A DNA stretch of 51,340 bases, counting the filler, from Basidioascus undulatus (lineage: Eukaryota): the NCBI GenBank assembly GCA_000826855.1. It is 3 parts of 3 records of this genome, joined end to end, with 100 filler letters (N's around TTAATTAATTAA, not from the genome) between each part and the next. Parts side by side here need not be neighbours in the genome. Positions count along the whole stretch, not along the records: positions 34,314 to 51,340 come from JTLS01000552.1; 2 more parts are not named here. One strand, given 5' to 3'. A program made the translations under genes and the position numbers. Positions within the stretch are counted from its first letter, which is position 1; each line of letters opens with the position of its first letter. The notes beneath the pieces were generated by a model. That model ran no database searches, had not been told where the DNA came from, and saw only the letters and a list, made by a program, of their open reading frames with translations. Below are positions 36,377 to 48,239 of the stretch, one piece after another.

Positions 36377-36899
36377 ATGTTGCTAGCTAGACTTTTTTGT
36401 TCGGATCTCGGCACACTGTAAACTGTATTATGTACGCATCGCTCGCATCGCAACCACCAATCTTCACTGCTCAAAGCACGTGGAAGTCTGGCTGCGACTG
36501 CCGCGACTTGGGTGCACTGACGAAAGTCCCTCGAAGAGAAAACATTTCTTCGGGTGCTCCTGATTGATTTTCTTCTGGTTGAAAGTCGCGTCCCGAATGC
36601 TCCAGAGATGACAGGACGAGTCGACGCTTGTTTTCGAAATCGAAGCAGCTTCGCGACCCGGCCGGCGGGCGAAGCCAGGCGAAATGGGCTGATGTTGCCC
36701 TGTGCGCGCAGGGCGAAGGCGGGAAGTCGCGCTTGAGGAGCCCAAAGGACCACGCACCTGCCAATTATCGCGCTCTCTTTGAACTCGTACCACTCTCATC
36801 CACATTCCCCCGTCACACCAGACGCTCCTTAAAGCAGCGCGGCGCACTCGCGGGCGTCTTACATACCGCACCCGTCCCCACCGACTCAGCGATCCCGCA

Positions 36900-39506
36900 A
36901 TGTCGGCCATCATCGAGCAGGCGCAGGCCACGCTCGCGCCCTACGTCTCTGCCGCCCATGAACGCCTCCTCGCCGTCCCCCGCCCCGCTTTCCTGAACAA
37001 AATCGAGCTCCCAGAGGCTGTTCAGCAGCTGAGCCTCGGCACGCGCATTGCGCTCATTCTAGTTGGGCTGCCGTTGGCGCTCGTCGTGCTCAATGTCCTG
37101 CAACAACTGGTGCGTCTTCCTTTCTTGAGATGGACTTGCTGGATTGCGGGGACAGGCTTGGGGCTCAATTCTGCGCTGTAATTGAGGACAATGTACTGAC
37201 AGAACTTCTCACACAGATTATCCCCCGACGGGCGAGCGACCCGCCCCTCGTATTCCACTACTTCCCCTTCATCGGCTCTGCGATCTGGTACGGCATGGAC
37301 CCGTACGGGTTCATGTTCGCTTGCCGGGAGAAGGTGCGTGCGTGAGTATCCGCGATTGGGGCGAAGTGCTCATCTGCAGCGGGCCAACCCAGTACGGCAA
37401 CGTCTTCACCTTCATCCTTCTCGGCCGCAAAGTCACTGTCGCGCTCGGCCCGAAGGGCAACGACCTCATTCTGAACGGCAAGCTTTCCCAGGTCTCGGCT
37501 GAGGAGGCTGTAAGTCTTCTCATAATACATTTGCTTGTTGCAAGACGAGAGCTGAGACCGTGCCCGGCGGCTTCCAGTACACCCACCTTACTACCCCTGT
37601 GTAAGGCTGTGATGAGTTGGACCGATCAGGGCGAGGGGCAGGCACTGATCAGGGCCGGCGATTGACTTTAGGTTCGGCAAGGAAGTCGTCTATGACGTCC
37701 CGAACCACGTCTTCATGGAGCAGAAGAAGTTCGTCAAGTTCGGTCTCTCGTCCGAGAACATGAGGCGCTACGTCGCCATGATTGAGGATGAGGTGCGCGC
37801 ATATCTCTTTTCAAGGCATCAGATCTGGAGGAGGAAGCTGAAAGAGGCCATGGGCGGGACGAATAGATCGACGGCTTCCTCAAGACTGACCCGGCCTTCG
37901 AGGCGTACCGCAAGGGTGACCCGAAGGGCGGCAGCTTCGAGTGCTTCAAGGTCATGTCCGAGATCACCATCCTCACGGCGTCGCGGACGCTCCAGGGCAA
38001 GGAGGTCCGCGCGAGCCTTGACAAGAGCTTCGCGCACATGTACCACGACCTCGATGGCGGCTTCACCCCTCTGAACGTGCGTCTTCCTTTCCCTCCCCCC
38101 TTCCCAGTGTGCGTGGTAATCCCAGCTCACAAAGGTATGGCGGACCGCAGTTCATTCTTCCCAACCTCCCTCTTCCTTCGTACCGCCGCCGCGACATTGC
38201 CCAGCAGCGCATGAGCGACTTCTACGGCGAGATCATCCGCAAGCGCCGCGAGACGGGCGAGGCTGTGCGTTTGAACTTTCAGGCCTTTCTCTGTCGCTTT
38301 CTGAATGCTGAACCACGAAATCAATCAGGCCGAGTACGACATGATCTCTTCGCTGATGGACCAGAAGTACAAGAACGGGCGCGCGCTGAACGACCGCGAG
38401 ATCGCACACATCATGATCGCGCTGCTCATGGCTGGCCAGGTCCGTTCTCCTTTCGTGCGTCGAATAAAAGGCGTACTGATCGCCATTTGGGTGTTTGTGT
38501 AGCACACCAGTTCGGCCACCAGCAGCTGGGTTCTTTTCCACCTCGGTGACAAGCCGGACATCGTGTAAGCCCTTTGTGCTAAATATCTTGCTTCTACTGC
38601 GATAGTCTGACGTTTTCGGCTACAGTGAGGCCCTCTACCAGGAGCAGGTCAAGAAGTTCGGCACCCCTTCTGGAGAGCTCGGGCCCATGTCCCAGGAGGA
38701 GCTCCGCGAGTGCCCCCTGCTCGAAGCCGTCATCCGCGAGGTCCGTTTGACCGCCCAGTTCCACTCACGCAGTCCAGCGTAAAATTCAGCACTGACGTAT
38801 CCTAATCATCTCACAGGTTCTCCGTCTGCACCCTCCGATCCACTCCATCATGCGCAAGGTCGTCTCCGACATCCCCGTCCCGCCCTCGCTCTCCGCGCCC
38901 TCCGAGAACAAGACCTACGTGATCCCCAAAGGCAACTACGTCCTCGCCAGCCCCGGTGTCTCCCAGGTCGACCCCAAGGTCTGGGGCAACCCCGAGGAGT
39001 TCGACCCCTACCGGTGGTTCGAGAAGGGCGGCGCAGCGGCGGCTGTCGATGCGGAGGAGGGTACGTCTTTTGGCTTTGATACGGCAGTTACCATTCAGGA
39101 CGGTCTGCTGACCGCATCGGATCCTACAGCTGGTGAGACTGTCGACTTCGGTTGGGGTGCCATTACGTGCGTCGTTTTTAGCTCGTTCGCCGCTCCAACC
39201 TTGTTTGCTGACTCTTCCGATACGAGAACAGCAAGGGTACGGGCAGCCCGTACCAGCCGTTCGGTGCCGTGCGTTCATACCCCTTATTAACGTTCAGCGG
39301 AAAGCTCACTCCGCATCTTGCACTTCCAGGGCCGTCACCGCTGCATCGGCGAGCAGTTCGCGTACCTCCAGCTCGGGACGCTCATCGCGACCCTCGTCCG
39401 GCGGATGACGTTCACCCTCCCCGCCGGCGTCCCCAAGCAGGACTACACGTCCATGATCGTCCTCCCCGCCCCCGGCTCGCGCCTGTACTACAAGCGCCGC
39501 GACTAG
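36900..39506 (+). CDS. ERG11: Sterol 14-alpha-demethylase CYP51
   Basis: PPLVFHYFPFIGSAIWYGMDPY, YTHLTTPVFGKEVVYDVPN, MEQKKFVK, YHDLDGGFTPLN, LLMAGQHTS, RLHPPIHSIMRKV and the heme motif PFGAGRHRCIGEQFAYLQL. Confidence 0.97.
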
Positions 39507-39945
39507 ATGCCCGCCAGCCGCCGCGTCTCCTCCGTCTTCCTTAGTTACTCTGGTGCACCTGCATTGCATTGCGTTCTTACTATCCCGTCGCCACTTCGGA
39601 ACGGATTGTTGGCTTAATCTAAATTGGCTTCGCTTTTTCATGCATATACCCTGGGAAAGTTCGCTGCGTGCTGCCCGTCGTGAGACAACGATATTGCAGA
39701 ATTGGGCTTACTTGAGCGGCGAGAAATCATGTAGAGCATCTCGCGTCATTTTCAACAAATGCAGCCTTTGCGCTTGAGCAGTAGTTCTATCGAGGTTGCC
39801 GTCAAAAACTATTTGGCGACAAGGAAGAACGTTACTCGTGGGAAAAAGGGACCACAATTTCATGCACGTGACGAACCAAAGCAAGTTCTTGGTCGCAGCG
39901 CGTCCTTATCCATTCTCCACCTTCTCCCCCACCGCATTTTCAGCC

Positions 39946-40937
39946 ATGTTCAAGCGCGCAGCGAAGCGTAAAGCTCGCCAGGAGCTCGAGGAGGAGCTCG
40001 GGATCTCGGAACTCGTCCGCGGCGCTGAGATCGACTCGGACGAGTCAGAGTCCGAGTCCGAAGGGGAGTCGGGCTCGGAGCTCAGCGGAGACGAAGAGGA
40101 GGAAGAGGGTAGTGACGAGGAGGAGGATGGCGAGGACGAAGAGGAAGAGGATGGGGAGGTGGTCGATGGCGAGTATTCGGAGGAGGGCGAGGACGAGGAC
40201 GTTGTCCCGCCGCTGTCCATCGCCGAGGCTACCACGGCGCCTGTCTACGGCGAGCCGCCGTTGCAGACGTGCGTGATATGTCCTGGGAAGGGCTTGAAGA
40301 ACGAGAAGGCGGTGGAGGTGCATCTCTCGAGCGCAGTGAGTCCTCTTACCCCCTCCCAAGCACAGGCGGGTTGGCCTGACATTTTGTTCACAGGCCCACG
40401 GACGACGGTTGAAGCGCTTCACCGTATACCTCGCGCAGGCCGGCGACGATCTTCCGACGGAAGACCCTCGTGTCGTCGTGGCGCTCATGGACGCTGCCGC
40501 CGCGGAGGAGCAGCCTGCTCGCAAGACTGAGGCCGCTCAGGCGTCCAAGGCGAAGGTCAATATGCAATGTTGACTCCAATCTTTCTCTTGAGCTTACATG
40601 TATGAGCGGAATGCAGACCTTGAAGAAGGAGTCTCGTCGCGCTCGGAAGGCCAAGAATGCGGAGCGACGAGCTGCGAAAGCCAAGGAGGGGGATGCCCAA
40701 CCCGCCAAGTCGGCGCCGAAGACGGAGCGCACGTCGGAGGAGATTGAGGCGCGGCGGGCGGCGCGGCGGGAGCGGAAGAAGACTGGCAAAGCGAGACGAC
40801 TCGCTGCGAAGGCGGACAAGGCGAAGGAGGGGTTGAAAGCGGAGGAGGGGTCTCGACCCGCTAAGAAGCCGCGACGGTCGGAGACCAAGGGTGATGGAGC
40901 GGAGAAGCCGAAGAAGTCGGCGAAGGCGAAAGCGTAG
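39946..40937 (+). CDS. Hypothetical acidic/basic protein with a C2H2-like zinc finger
   Basis: E/D-rich N-terminal tract, CVICPGKGLKNEKAVEVHLSSA-GH finger and a K/R-rich C-terminus; two introns. Confidence 0.7.
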
Positions 40938-41219
40938 GTGCAAATTGAACGCTCAGATACCGTACGATCTCGCTTGATGATATTCGAGTATGCCGTTGCA
41001 AGCGCTCACCTTCGATCAATGCCGCGTATCGAACCCTTACTCCTCAGTGGCCTCGTCAATACTACGTTCAACACTGCTCGTATCTCTTCGATTACATTTC
41101 ACGCAGCTCTCCGGCCGTGCAGCGCAAAATGTGCTGGCATTCTTCGCTCCCGCATGCGCTCATTTGGTCGTTCCAAGACAATTCATCAATTCGGACGCTC
41201 TCCGCGCGGACTGGACTGC

Positions 41220-43060
41220 CTACGGGCAGGAATTTGAAACCAGTGTACGAAGGAGTATCAGCATCTTCGAATCGAGGAAGGCATCCAGTGCGAGAGTTTA
41301 CCATGTCCTGATCCTCCGTGGCGATAACAAGGCCCTTCGTCTGCGGATGCTCGCAGATAAGAAAGTCGGCATCGGGAGAGTCGCCGTCCCTGCAGCCCTT
41401 TCTCGTGAGCGAGCCAGACGATAGCCTGGATTACTGTAAGTCTGAATCTCACCAACAAAGGCGCTGATAGACGAACTGGCGTTCCGCCAGCTCAGGTGCG
41501 GCCTCTCGCATGAACTCGAATCTTGCGCAAGTCAGTCGATGTCATCTGGGACGGCGTCCGCGCGTAGGCTCACCTTTTCTTGCGCCTCAGCAGGGATGTC
41601 GTCCGTTGCGTGCTGCGACTTGCAGCGTGGCGTTGAGATGGGACGCGTACGTCCAGACGTGGGCTGATAGTATGAGTACTGAGGGTGTGGGGAGAGGTCA
41701 GCGAACTGCGCTGCGGGGTGAATTCAAAGGCGTGTCGCGAAGACATACCCCGTTGGAGTGACAGGAGACCCGTTCTTTGAGCATAAGTTCAACCCGGAGG
41801 TGTTAAAGCGGCAGAACGCACCTTCAGTAGGTTCCTTTCCGTGTCTGCAGTACCGCAGCATCCTGAGCGACCGTGAGATGTTCCTGAGAAGTCGCTCATA
41901 GCTTACCCGGCTCGAACATGTACCCCAGCTCCCTGTTATTGATAACGGGCATGCCTGCCCACCGTTTCGCCTGAAAGATGCTTTGCGTCAGAGATGCGTA
42001 GAAGACGGGAGAACACCTCACTCGTCGGGAGTAAGCTGGAAATGGACGATGTTCCAGCACAGCGCCTCAATCTGGCCTTCCGCATCCTGCACGTACCATT
42101 GTCAGACTACCTTGAATAGCCTGCGTTCGTTGAGCGAAGCTCACCGCAAAAGTATCCGTCCAGGCGCCCGTGCACATCACCACCCTGTGCGCCCGATGCT
42201 CGGTCAAGTCTTCCGTCCGGACCTCGACCACCGCCCCGTCCTCCACAATCAGCTTCTTCATCCCTCCCCTCGGTCCATCAACGAGCTTGACACCCAGGCG
42301 CTTCGCCTCAGCACCGATGAGCTCGAGCGCCTGTCGCGCGTGCGTCCACCCAGACGACGGGATGTGCACCCCGCGCCATCCGTCCATCGGTCCGCTTAGC
42401 TGGGGCGCCAAGTGTTTGAAGTCGTCCGGTTTCTCGAGGGCCGTCATGGGCGTGCCGAGAGCCGCGGAGTTGGCCACCGCTGACTCGAAGTTGGCAGTCC
42501 TGGGAGCCAGCCGACATCAGCATCGTAGACACGGGCGGCAGCCTATGGACGTACGCGGCTGTCAATTTTCCGCTGATGCAGAACACGTAGCCGCCCTCGT
42601 GGTAGGTAGGCGAGAACAGCGGCGTTTTCCACGCGTCGCGGGCCTCCTTCGCAAGTGCGGCGTAGCGAGGATTGGCGTATTCGGTTCGGAAGATCTGTGG
42701 ATCCCCCTCCGGATGAGCCACTATGTACATAATCTTAGATAAATATGAGCGCCGGACCTTGTTCAAATCGTGCCCAGCCGATGCCTCCGAGGGAAGCGCA
42801 TGGCGATCAAGGCAAGTGACCTGCGAGGTGTCTCGACAGCATTAGCTCACTCAACAGAGAAAACCGAGTTTCCTCACGTTGGTCCAGCCTCGCAGAACTA
42901 GGTGGTACGCTGTACTCAATCCTAAAGTGTCAGCACCCTTGGAATAAGCGCCGTGAGAAGATTGACGGATGAACTGGATGACGCGTCACGGTCGTTCAGC
43001 GTGAATGCAAAGCCCACTCACAACGACAACGATGGGATCATCGCGATTACATAACAACAT
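41220..43060 (-). pseudogene. Fructosyl-amino-acid / sarcosine oxidase family flavoenzyme pseudogene
   Basis: IVVV-GADTLGLSTAYHL, SAGHDLNK-IFRTEY, VMCTGAWTD, GYMFEP, RLCW-DGDSPDADFLICEHP, AT(G)GSGH-GFKFLP. The Rossmann GxGxxG is mutated, there are apparent frameshifts (~42020, ~41515, ~41318), splice acceptors are damaged (~41770, ~41242), and the 3' end is unrecognisable. Confidence 0.8.
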
Positions 43061-44023
43061 AATGGGTTGTGAGTGTAAAGGTGCGAAAGAGCCAGTGCGC
43101 GCATCGGGAGAGATGTGAAGGTGAAAGAAGGAAGGCAAGTTTGGAGCGGCAGGACGACGGCGCGCAGCGACGCTGCGGCCCGCGACAAGACTGCCTGCTG
43201 CCTCGCTCGTGATTGTGGTTTTGGTAACCTTCTTGGCAGTTGTTGCTGAGATACCATTACGTTGTTTCAAACTATTCAATTGATCTTGGTTGGCCTCATG
43301 TGTACCGACCGCGTAGAAGCCAATCGGAACCAGGCTGCCGGCAGCTGAGCCATTGGTTCGTATCAACAAACCCATATGCGCCGCAAACTTCACATGATGA
43401 GAAGAAAACACCATAATCATGTGTCCGAAGCCAGGTCGTGAGGTTAACAACCGAATTTTGTGAAGGCCGCAATGGTGCTCGCTAGGGCTTGCGTTATGCC
43501 ATGCCGCAGGGACACTCGAGGCAGCCGTCAAGGAGGAAACCTGCACAACCGCAACGTTTGATGTAAGTTTGCTCGATCCGCGTCCATATAGGAAGCAGTG
43601 TTCTGCGCGCGTTTGCACAAGGCAGTCCTTCATGAAAGTCATTCGTCCAAGACGAGTCTGCGCATTGCAAGCTCCTCTCCGTCTACATGCGAACCCGACA
43701 AGGTTCTTTCACCGCGAGAGCCTATTTGACAGCTCGCTTGACCTCCAGCAGTGAACCGCCGAGCATCCTTCAGGACACAGGCCCATAGAACATGGAAGCA
43801 AGAACGCTCGCAATCGACGTCGACACTATTTAGTGAATAGACGTACACGATCAGGATGATATACTCATACGGACCTGAGATAAAAAGCCCTTATGACGAG
43901 CCAAAAAGTCTGCTGAAATAAGAGTGAGAAAGGCGCGTGCAGCCAAGACAATCCCATACTTACGGACCGCCGACTGGGAACCACCTGATAAGCGAAACAA
44001 GCTACACAGTTAATGTTGCAACG

Positions 44024-45052
44024 TTAGCAGGCTGCCGCGTATAAGACAATGAAGTACGCACCGCGTAAGAAAAAGGTTAGCAATGATTGGTGGAGCACAT
44101 AGCAGTGTCCACACCCGTAGCGGCAAGCACGCGGCGGTCCGCTTTGCGCGCCATGCCCACAGTGCTGCTGGGAAAGCGAGCAACAGTAGAAGTAGAATAA
44201 TTGGAACCACAGCGATCGAAAGCGACCGTGTGGCAGTTGAAGCAGTTGTGCCAAAGAGGTCGGGATCGCCATGTTTCGCAGGAGGCCAACACAGATAGAG
44301 CGAACTTGGCCAGCATGGTAAGAATAGGCGGTATCACTTCCATGGAACGGCTGAAAAACTCACCTCGAGAGTACTACTGAATACGAAGAACAGGCTATAT
44401 TTAAGCAGTGTCAGTAACGTCTCGTTGTGAATCACGCGGCCTGCAAAAAGATCGTGGCGTGAGATCTTCTCTCATACAACGAAAGTTCGGTTACATACGC
44501 TTGAGCTTCTGATCTCCACCCGCCAACGCACATAGCGCTCCCAGCCGAACACCTTGTATCTGTGAACACCCCTTGTTCAGTTCTGATCACAGGCCTTAGC
44601 CAAGCTTGCGCATAGGTACGCACAGCTTACCAGCTGAATGCTCCGAGTAAGACTTGGGACAGCCCGACGACCGCAAGAATTATGACGCCCATAACTGGGA
44701 TGAGGGCACCGTATCTGGAAAAAAGCGATGAACTCGCTTGCATCATGAAGTACTGTTTGAAGGGCGGGTGTAAGTGGTACCGTGGACGCAACGAAGCTTC
44801 GGTCACAGTGCTCGTGCCTGGATCACTGCGATGATGACGAGAAGGATGTTCAACAGCCAGGTCCCAACTACGTCACCAGGCGGGACAGCATCAGCTGAAA
44901 GTTCGGGGACACGGTGGGGTCCTTGACTCACGCAACTGTGCAGCATTTCGATGTCGCAAGCACTCAACAGCGAGGACGAGATGACAAATGTGGCCGAGGT
45001 AGAAGGTGGAGAAGTGGATTAACGCTGTGCTCGTGAGAGACACCGTTTCCGT
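44024..45052 (-). pseudogene. Degraded UPF0658-like fungal multi-pass membrane protein
   Basis: Spliced fragments IHFSTFYLGHICHLVLAVECLRHRNAAQL-LGTWLLNILLVIIAVIQ, YKVFGWERY..GGDQKLKR, LLTLLKYSLFFVF and HQSLLTFF. Frameshift at ~44530; N-terminus not found. Confidence 0.6.
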
Positions 45053-45393
45053 CTGCTTTGCCGAAGAAAGATTACCCAGGCGGGCATGCGGTCGCGGTCA
45101 GAGGGTGTGGACTGGGGTGGACTGGGGCTCTACACAGCTTCGAGATAGACGCACCTGGAGGTTATGAGCAGCCAAATGCACACAGTTCTTTGTAACGATG
45201 CTGATAATCGTCTCCAGAAGCAGAGTGACTAGGTCCCGAGCCGCGCGCGAATCGGGCAGGTCCCATCGCCACGTCCTTTGCCGAGGCTTGTACTCGTTCG
45301 CGTGAAATGCGGAGGCGGGCACCGGAAGGCCTTGATCGTCCGAGCCGCCGGACGGGGTCTTCGTGCCCTCTGAGTTGTAGGTCGACGGTGAGG

Positions 45394-46244
45394 CTAGGTC
45401 TTCGGTAGAGTTCCGCTCCAGAGCGCTCTGGCGTTGAAGCTGGCGGACCCGGTGGAGCAGCTGCCGAGGTTGTAGGCGAAGCGGCACAGGGCGCACGGGA
45501 GGCACAGCGTCCGCGCGAGGGCGGTGCACCCGATCGAGCCGTAGGTGATGGTCAGATCCGTGACGGATGAGGATCCCGGAGGAACAGAGACGCCCCGGGA
45601 GGCAGAGGCGTCCCACTCGCCTGCGCTGACTTTGTCGACTGTGATCTTCCGGAGCGAGGAGAGCAAGAGGCACTACTCGGACGGTGCGGAAATCGAACCC
45701 GTTCTCCGTGTCGTACCAGGACAGCCAGAGCTCTTGCACTGCCCGTAGGCCCTATGGAAGGTGGTCCTTGGGGCGTCGTCGAAGAGGAGATCTGAGTCTA
45801 GGGGCGGCATGATGCTGAGCGAATGGAGGTGCGGTACTAGGTCGAGAAGAAGGACCGTTCGCGCGGTCTCCATTCCGTCGAAAGACCACGGGCTGAGGCA
45901 GCAGAAGCGAAGAGGGCGTTGTCGGCCGCCAGAGCCTCCGTCCGCGCCTTCTACCTGAGCTTCTCATCCCACCATTCGATCGAGAGCTCGCGAACGTGTT
46001 TACCGAACTCGGGATGGACGAGGATCGCACGCAACAGGCTGTGAAGCGCAGTATCACACTCTTGCTCTTCATCATGGTAATTGCGCCTCAATTCCGATCC
46101 AGCTGAAGAGGAAAGGCTGAACAAGGCCGTGGGAGCGAGAGGCGAGCGAACGGGCTTTGGCAGTGAACAGGCAGGCGGCGAACGAAGGGTGAGCGGGATG
46201 ATTTCGATGAGGACCTCGTCCGGGAGGTGGAATAGGACAGACAT
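45394..46244 (-). pseudogene. F-box / LRR (RNI-like) protein pseudogene
   Basis: MSVLFHLPDEVLIEII F-box start, then LLRAILVHPEFGKHVRELSIEW, LLLDLVPHLHSLSI and SSVTDLTITYG...LPCALCRFAY. In-frame TAG at 45951-45953 and several frame changes. Confidence 0.62.
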
Positions 46245-48239
46245 CGTCGAGCTAGCGATGCGACCTGGAGCCAGAGGAGAGGGAGACGACGGACATTGAG
46301 AGAGCAAGAGAAATGAGCAAGGCCTTTTCGAGTGCATCAGCGAGGCTGTCCTCTGCAGCGGGCCCGCAGCCCGGTTGAAATAAATAGTGCCGCTAGATCA
46401 TCTCAGCCAAATCAATACCATTCGTTAAAAAAAATCTAGTATTTGAGGTATTTTGAATACTTGCACGGCTATGTTCATGCAGTGGTGCATGGTACTTTCC
46501 GCTGACCAGTCAGGTCGATGTCGCTGAAGGTGATGTCGCAGGCTGCGTCCTCCGCGCAGACGAGGTCTTGGCTTTGTCCTTGGCTACAGGTTCACAAGCG
46601 TTGCTCACAGTCACGTTGAGGATATCGACCTTCGTCGGAAACTATGAGATGAACATATAGATATTCGGCGGAAACGGATGGAGTCGCGAGGGTGAAGCAG
46701 GTACTGCAGCACATTCGTTCCCGGCAACGAGCCCGGCTGCGCCGACCTCGTCGATCGAACAATTGCTTGCCGGCGGTGTTGCTGATACGACCCAATGAAC
46801 CAACGGGCATCAAGCCACTCTTTCAGGTAGGACAGTATATGGGGCTGCGAGGAAGAAGGTGCTGGCCACGCTCGACTTGACAGCCGAAACCATTGAGAAG
46901 GGCGGCGTGGTCGGCTATCTCGAAACGTCAGTAAGACAAAGGGATATCACTCGTGAGAATAATTCTGCGGCTGATGGCTTGTTGACAATACTGGACACGA
47001 GGGAATGCCACAGCGCCAGTGCTCTCTATCAGTGGCTCGCTGACGGTCAGCAGTACCGCGTGTGGCGGTACACGCATGGATCAACGTGGCCCATCACGAT
47101 TCAGGTGATCCTGAACAACACAACAGTCAGTGGATGAAGTAGTTGCTCTGACAATTTGTATTGGGCATGGGGTGCAAGGCGTACCACCCCAGACAACCCT
47201 ACTCCTCATGTGCCGTCCTCACCGTACAAGGGCTGGTGCACGGCAGCCACACTAGAAGGACCAAAGATATCGACATTGTCCCGAGCAAACTTGTGCCCTG
47301 CAGCACGTTCGCATACAACTCGAACTTGATCAACATCGAGGTTGCCGCATAGCTCTTGCTGCTCCTATACCAATACTACGAGTACTATGCCCGCATGGTA
47401 AGTTCAGCCGCTGCTGGATGAGAATACGGACATGCTGAAAGATTGAAGGATGGGTGGATGCCAGGCTCAGTATTGCCCAGACGGGGGAGGCGCCCTTGCA
47501 CCTGCGGCCAAGGCAATGACCTGTGCATTGTATTTTGACTTATTGAAGTAGGTTAAACAGGGGAACATCCTTCTGGGTGTGATTTGCGATCGTGGTAAAT
47601 TCTGGTACATCCCAGTTGTTTGAAACGGCAGGTCTCTCAGTGTACTAGTCTCAACAAAAGGACGCAAGCACCCAGTTCAGCCGAATGTAAGGTGTAGATC
47701 AAAAGAAGACCCCAGTCTGAGTATTTTATCAGGATTTACATCAAAGTCTGTGGGTTTCGTGACATGGTTCTTGGACGTTCGCACCTTCTCTCGTCTGTTT
47801 GTTATTGCTTAAACGCGTAAACGGGATTGACCACTTACAAGCTCCGGCCTCGAAAAGGCTACGCTGTACAGAAATGAAATGGTCTCGATGTTCACCCATG
47901 CATCAGGTCAGAGCGAGCATACGCAGCTCCAGCACGCGTACGGCTGGAGCTGATCAACTTCCGACACCCGCACAGGTGCGCCCGCGATGAACACCGATGC
48001 GAACGATTACTCTGTCAATAAGCAACAGGAGACACCGCGAAACATCGGAAGATAAATAATCAGGGCAAGAGCACCGTGCGAAGGGAAGTCACCTCTGCTG
48101 GGAAGACAATGACAGCACCATAATCCACGATCCTCTCCCCCCTCCCACTGCGGTATATCTCTCTATAAGTAACGTGTATGGTATCTGATTAATCCAATGC
48201 GATCCGTGTGGTATCCCGTTCCATCCACCCTTGCCCCCC

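Noticed and set aside
36780..36800. Sterol-response element upstream of ERG11 (CTCGTACCAC)
   Set aside because: It only loosely resembles SREBP/Upc2 sites and cannot be supported without conservation data.
36900..39506. Azole-resistance substitutions in CYP51
   Set aside because: The commonly altered positions I could inspect (Tyr in VVYD, Tyr in AYTHLTT, heme-region FGAGRHRCIG) look wild-type.
28102..47400. RIP-like hypermutation as the cause of the pseudogenes
   Set aside because: The lesions include many indels and A-to-G changes, and I saw no consistent dinucleotide context by eye.
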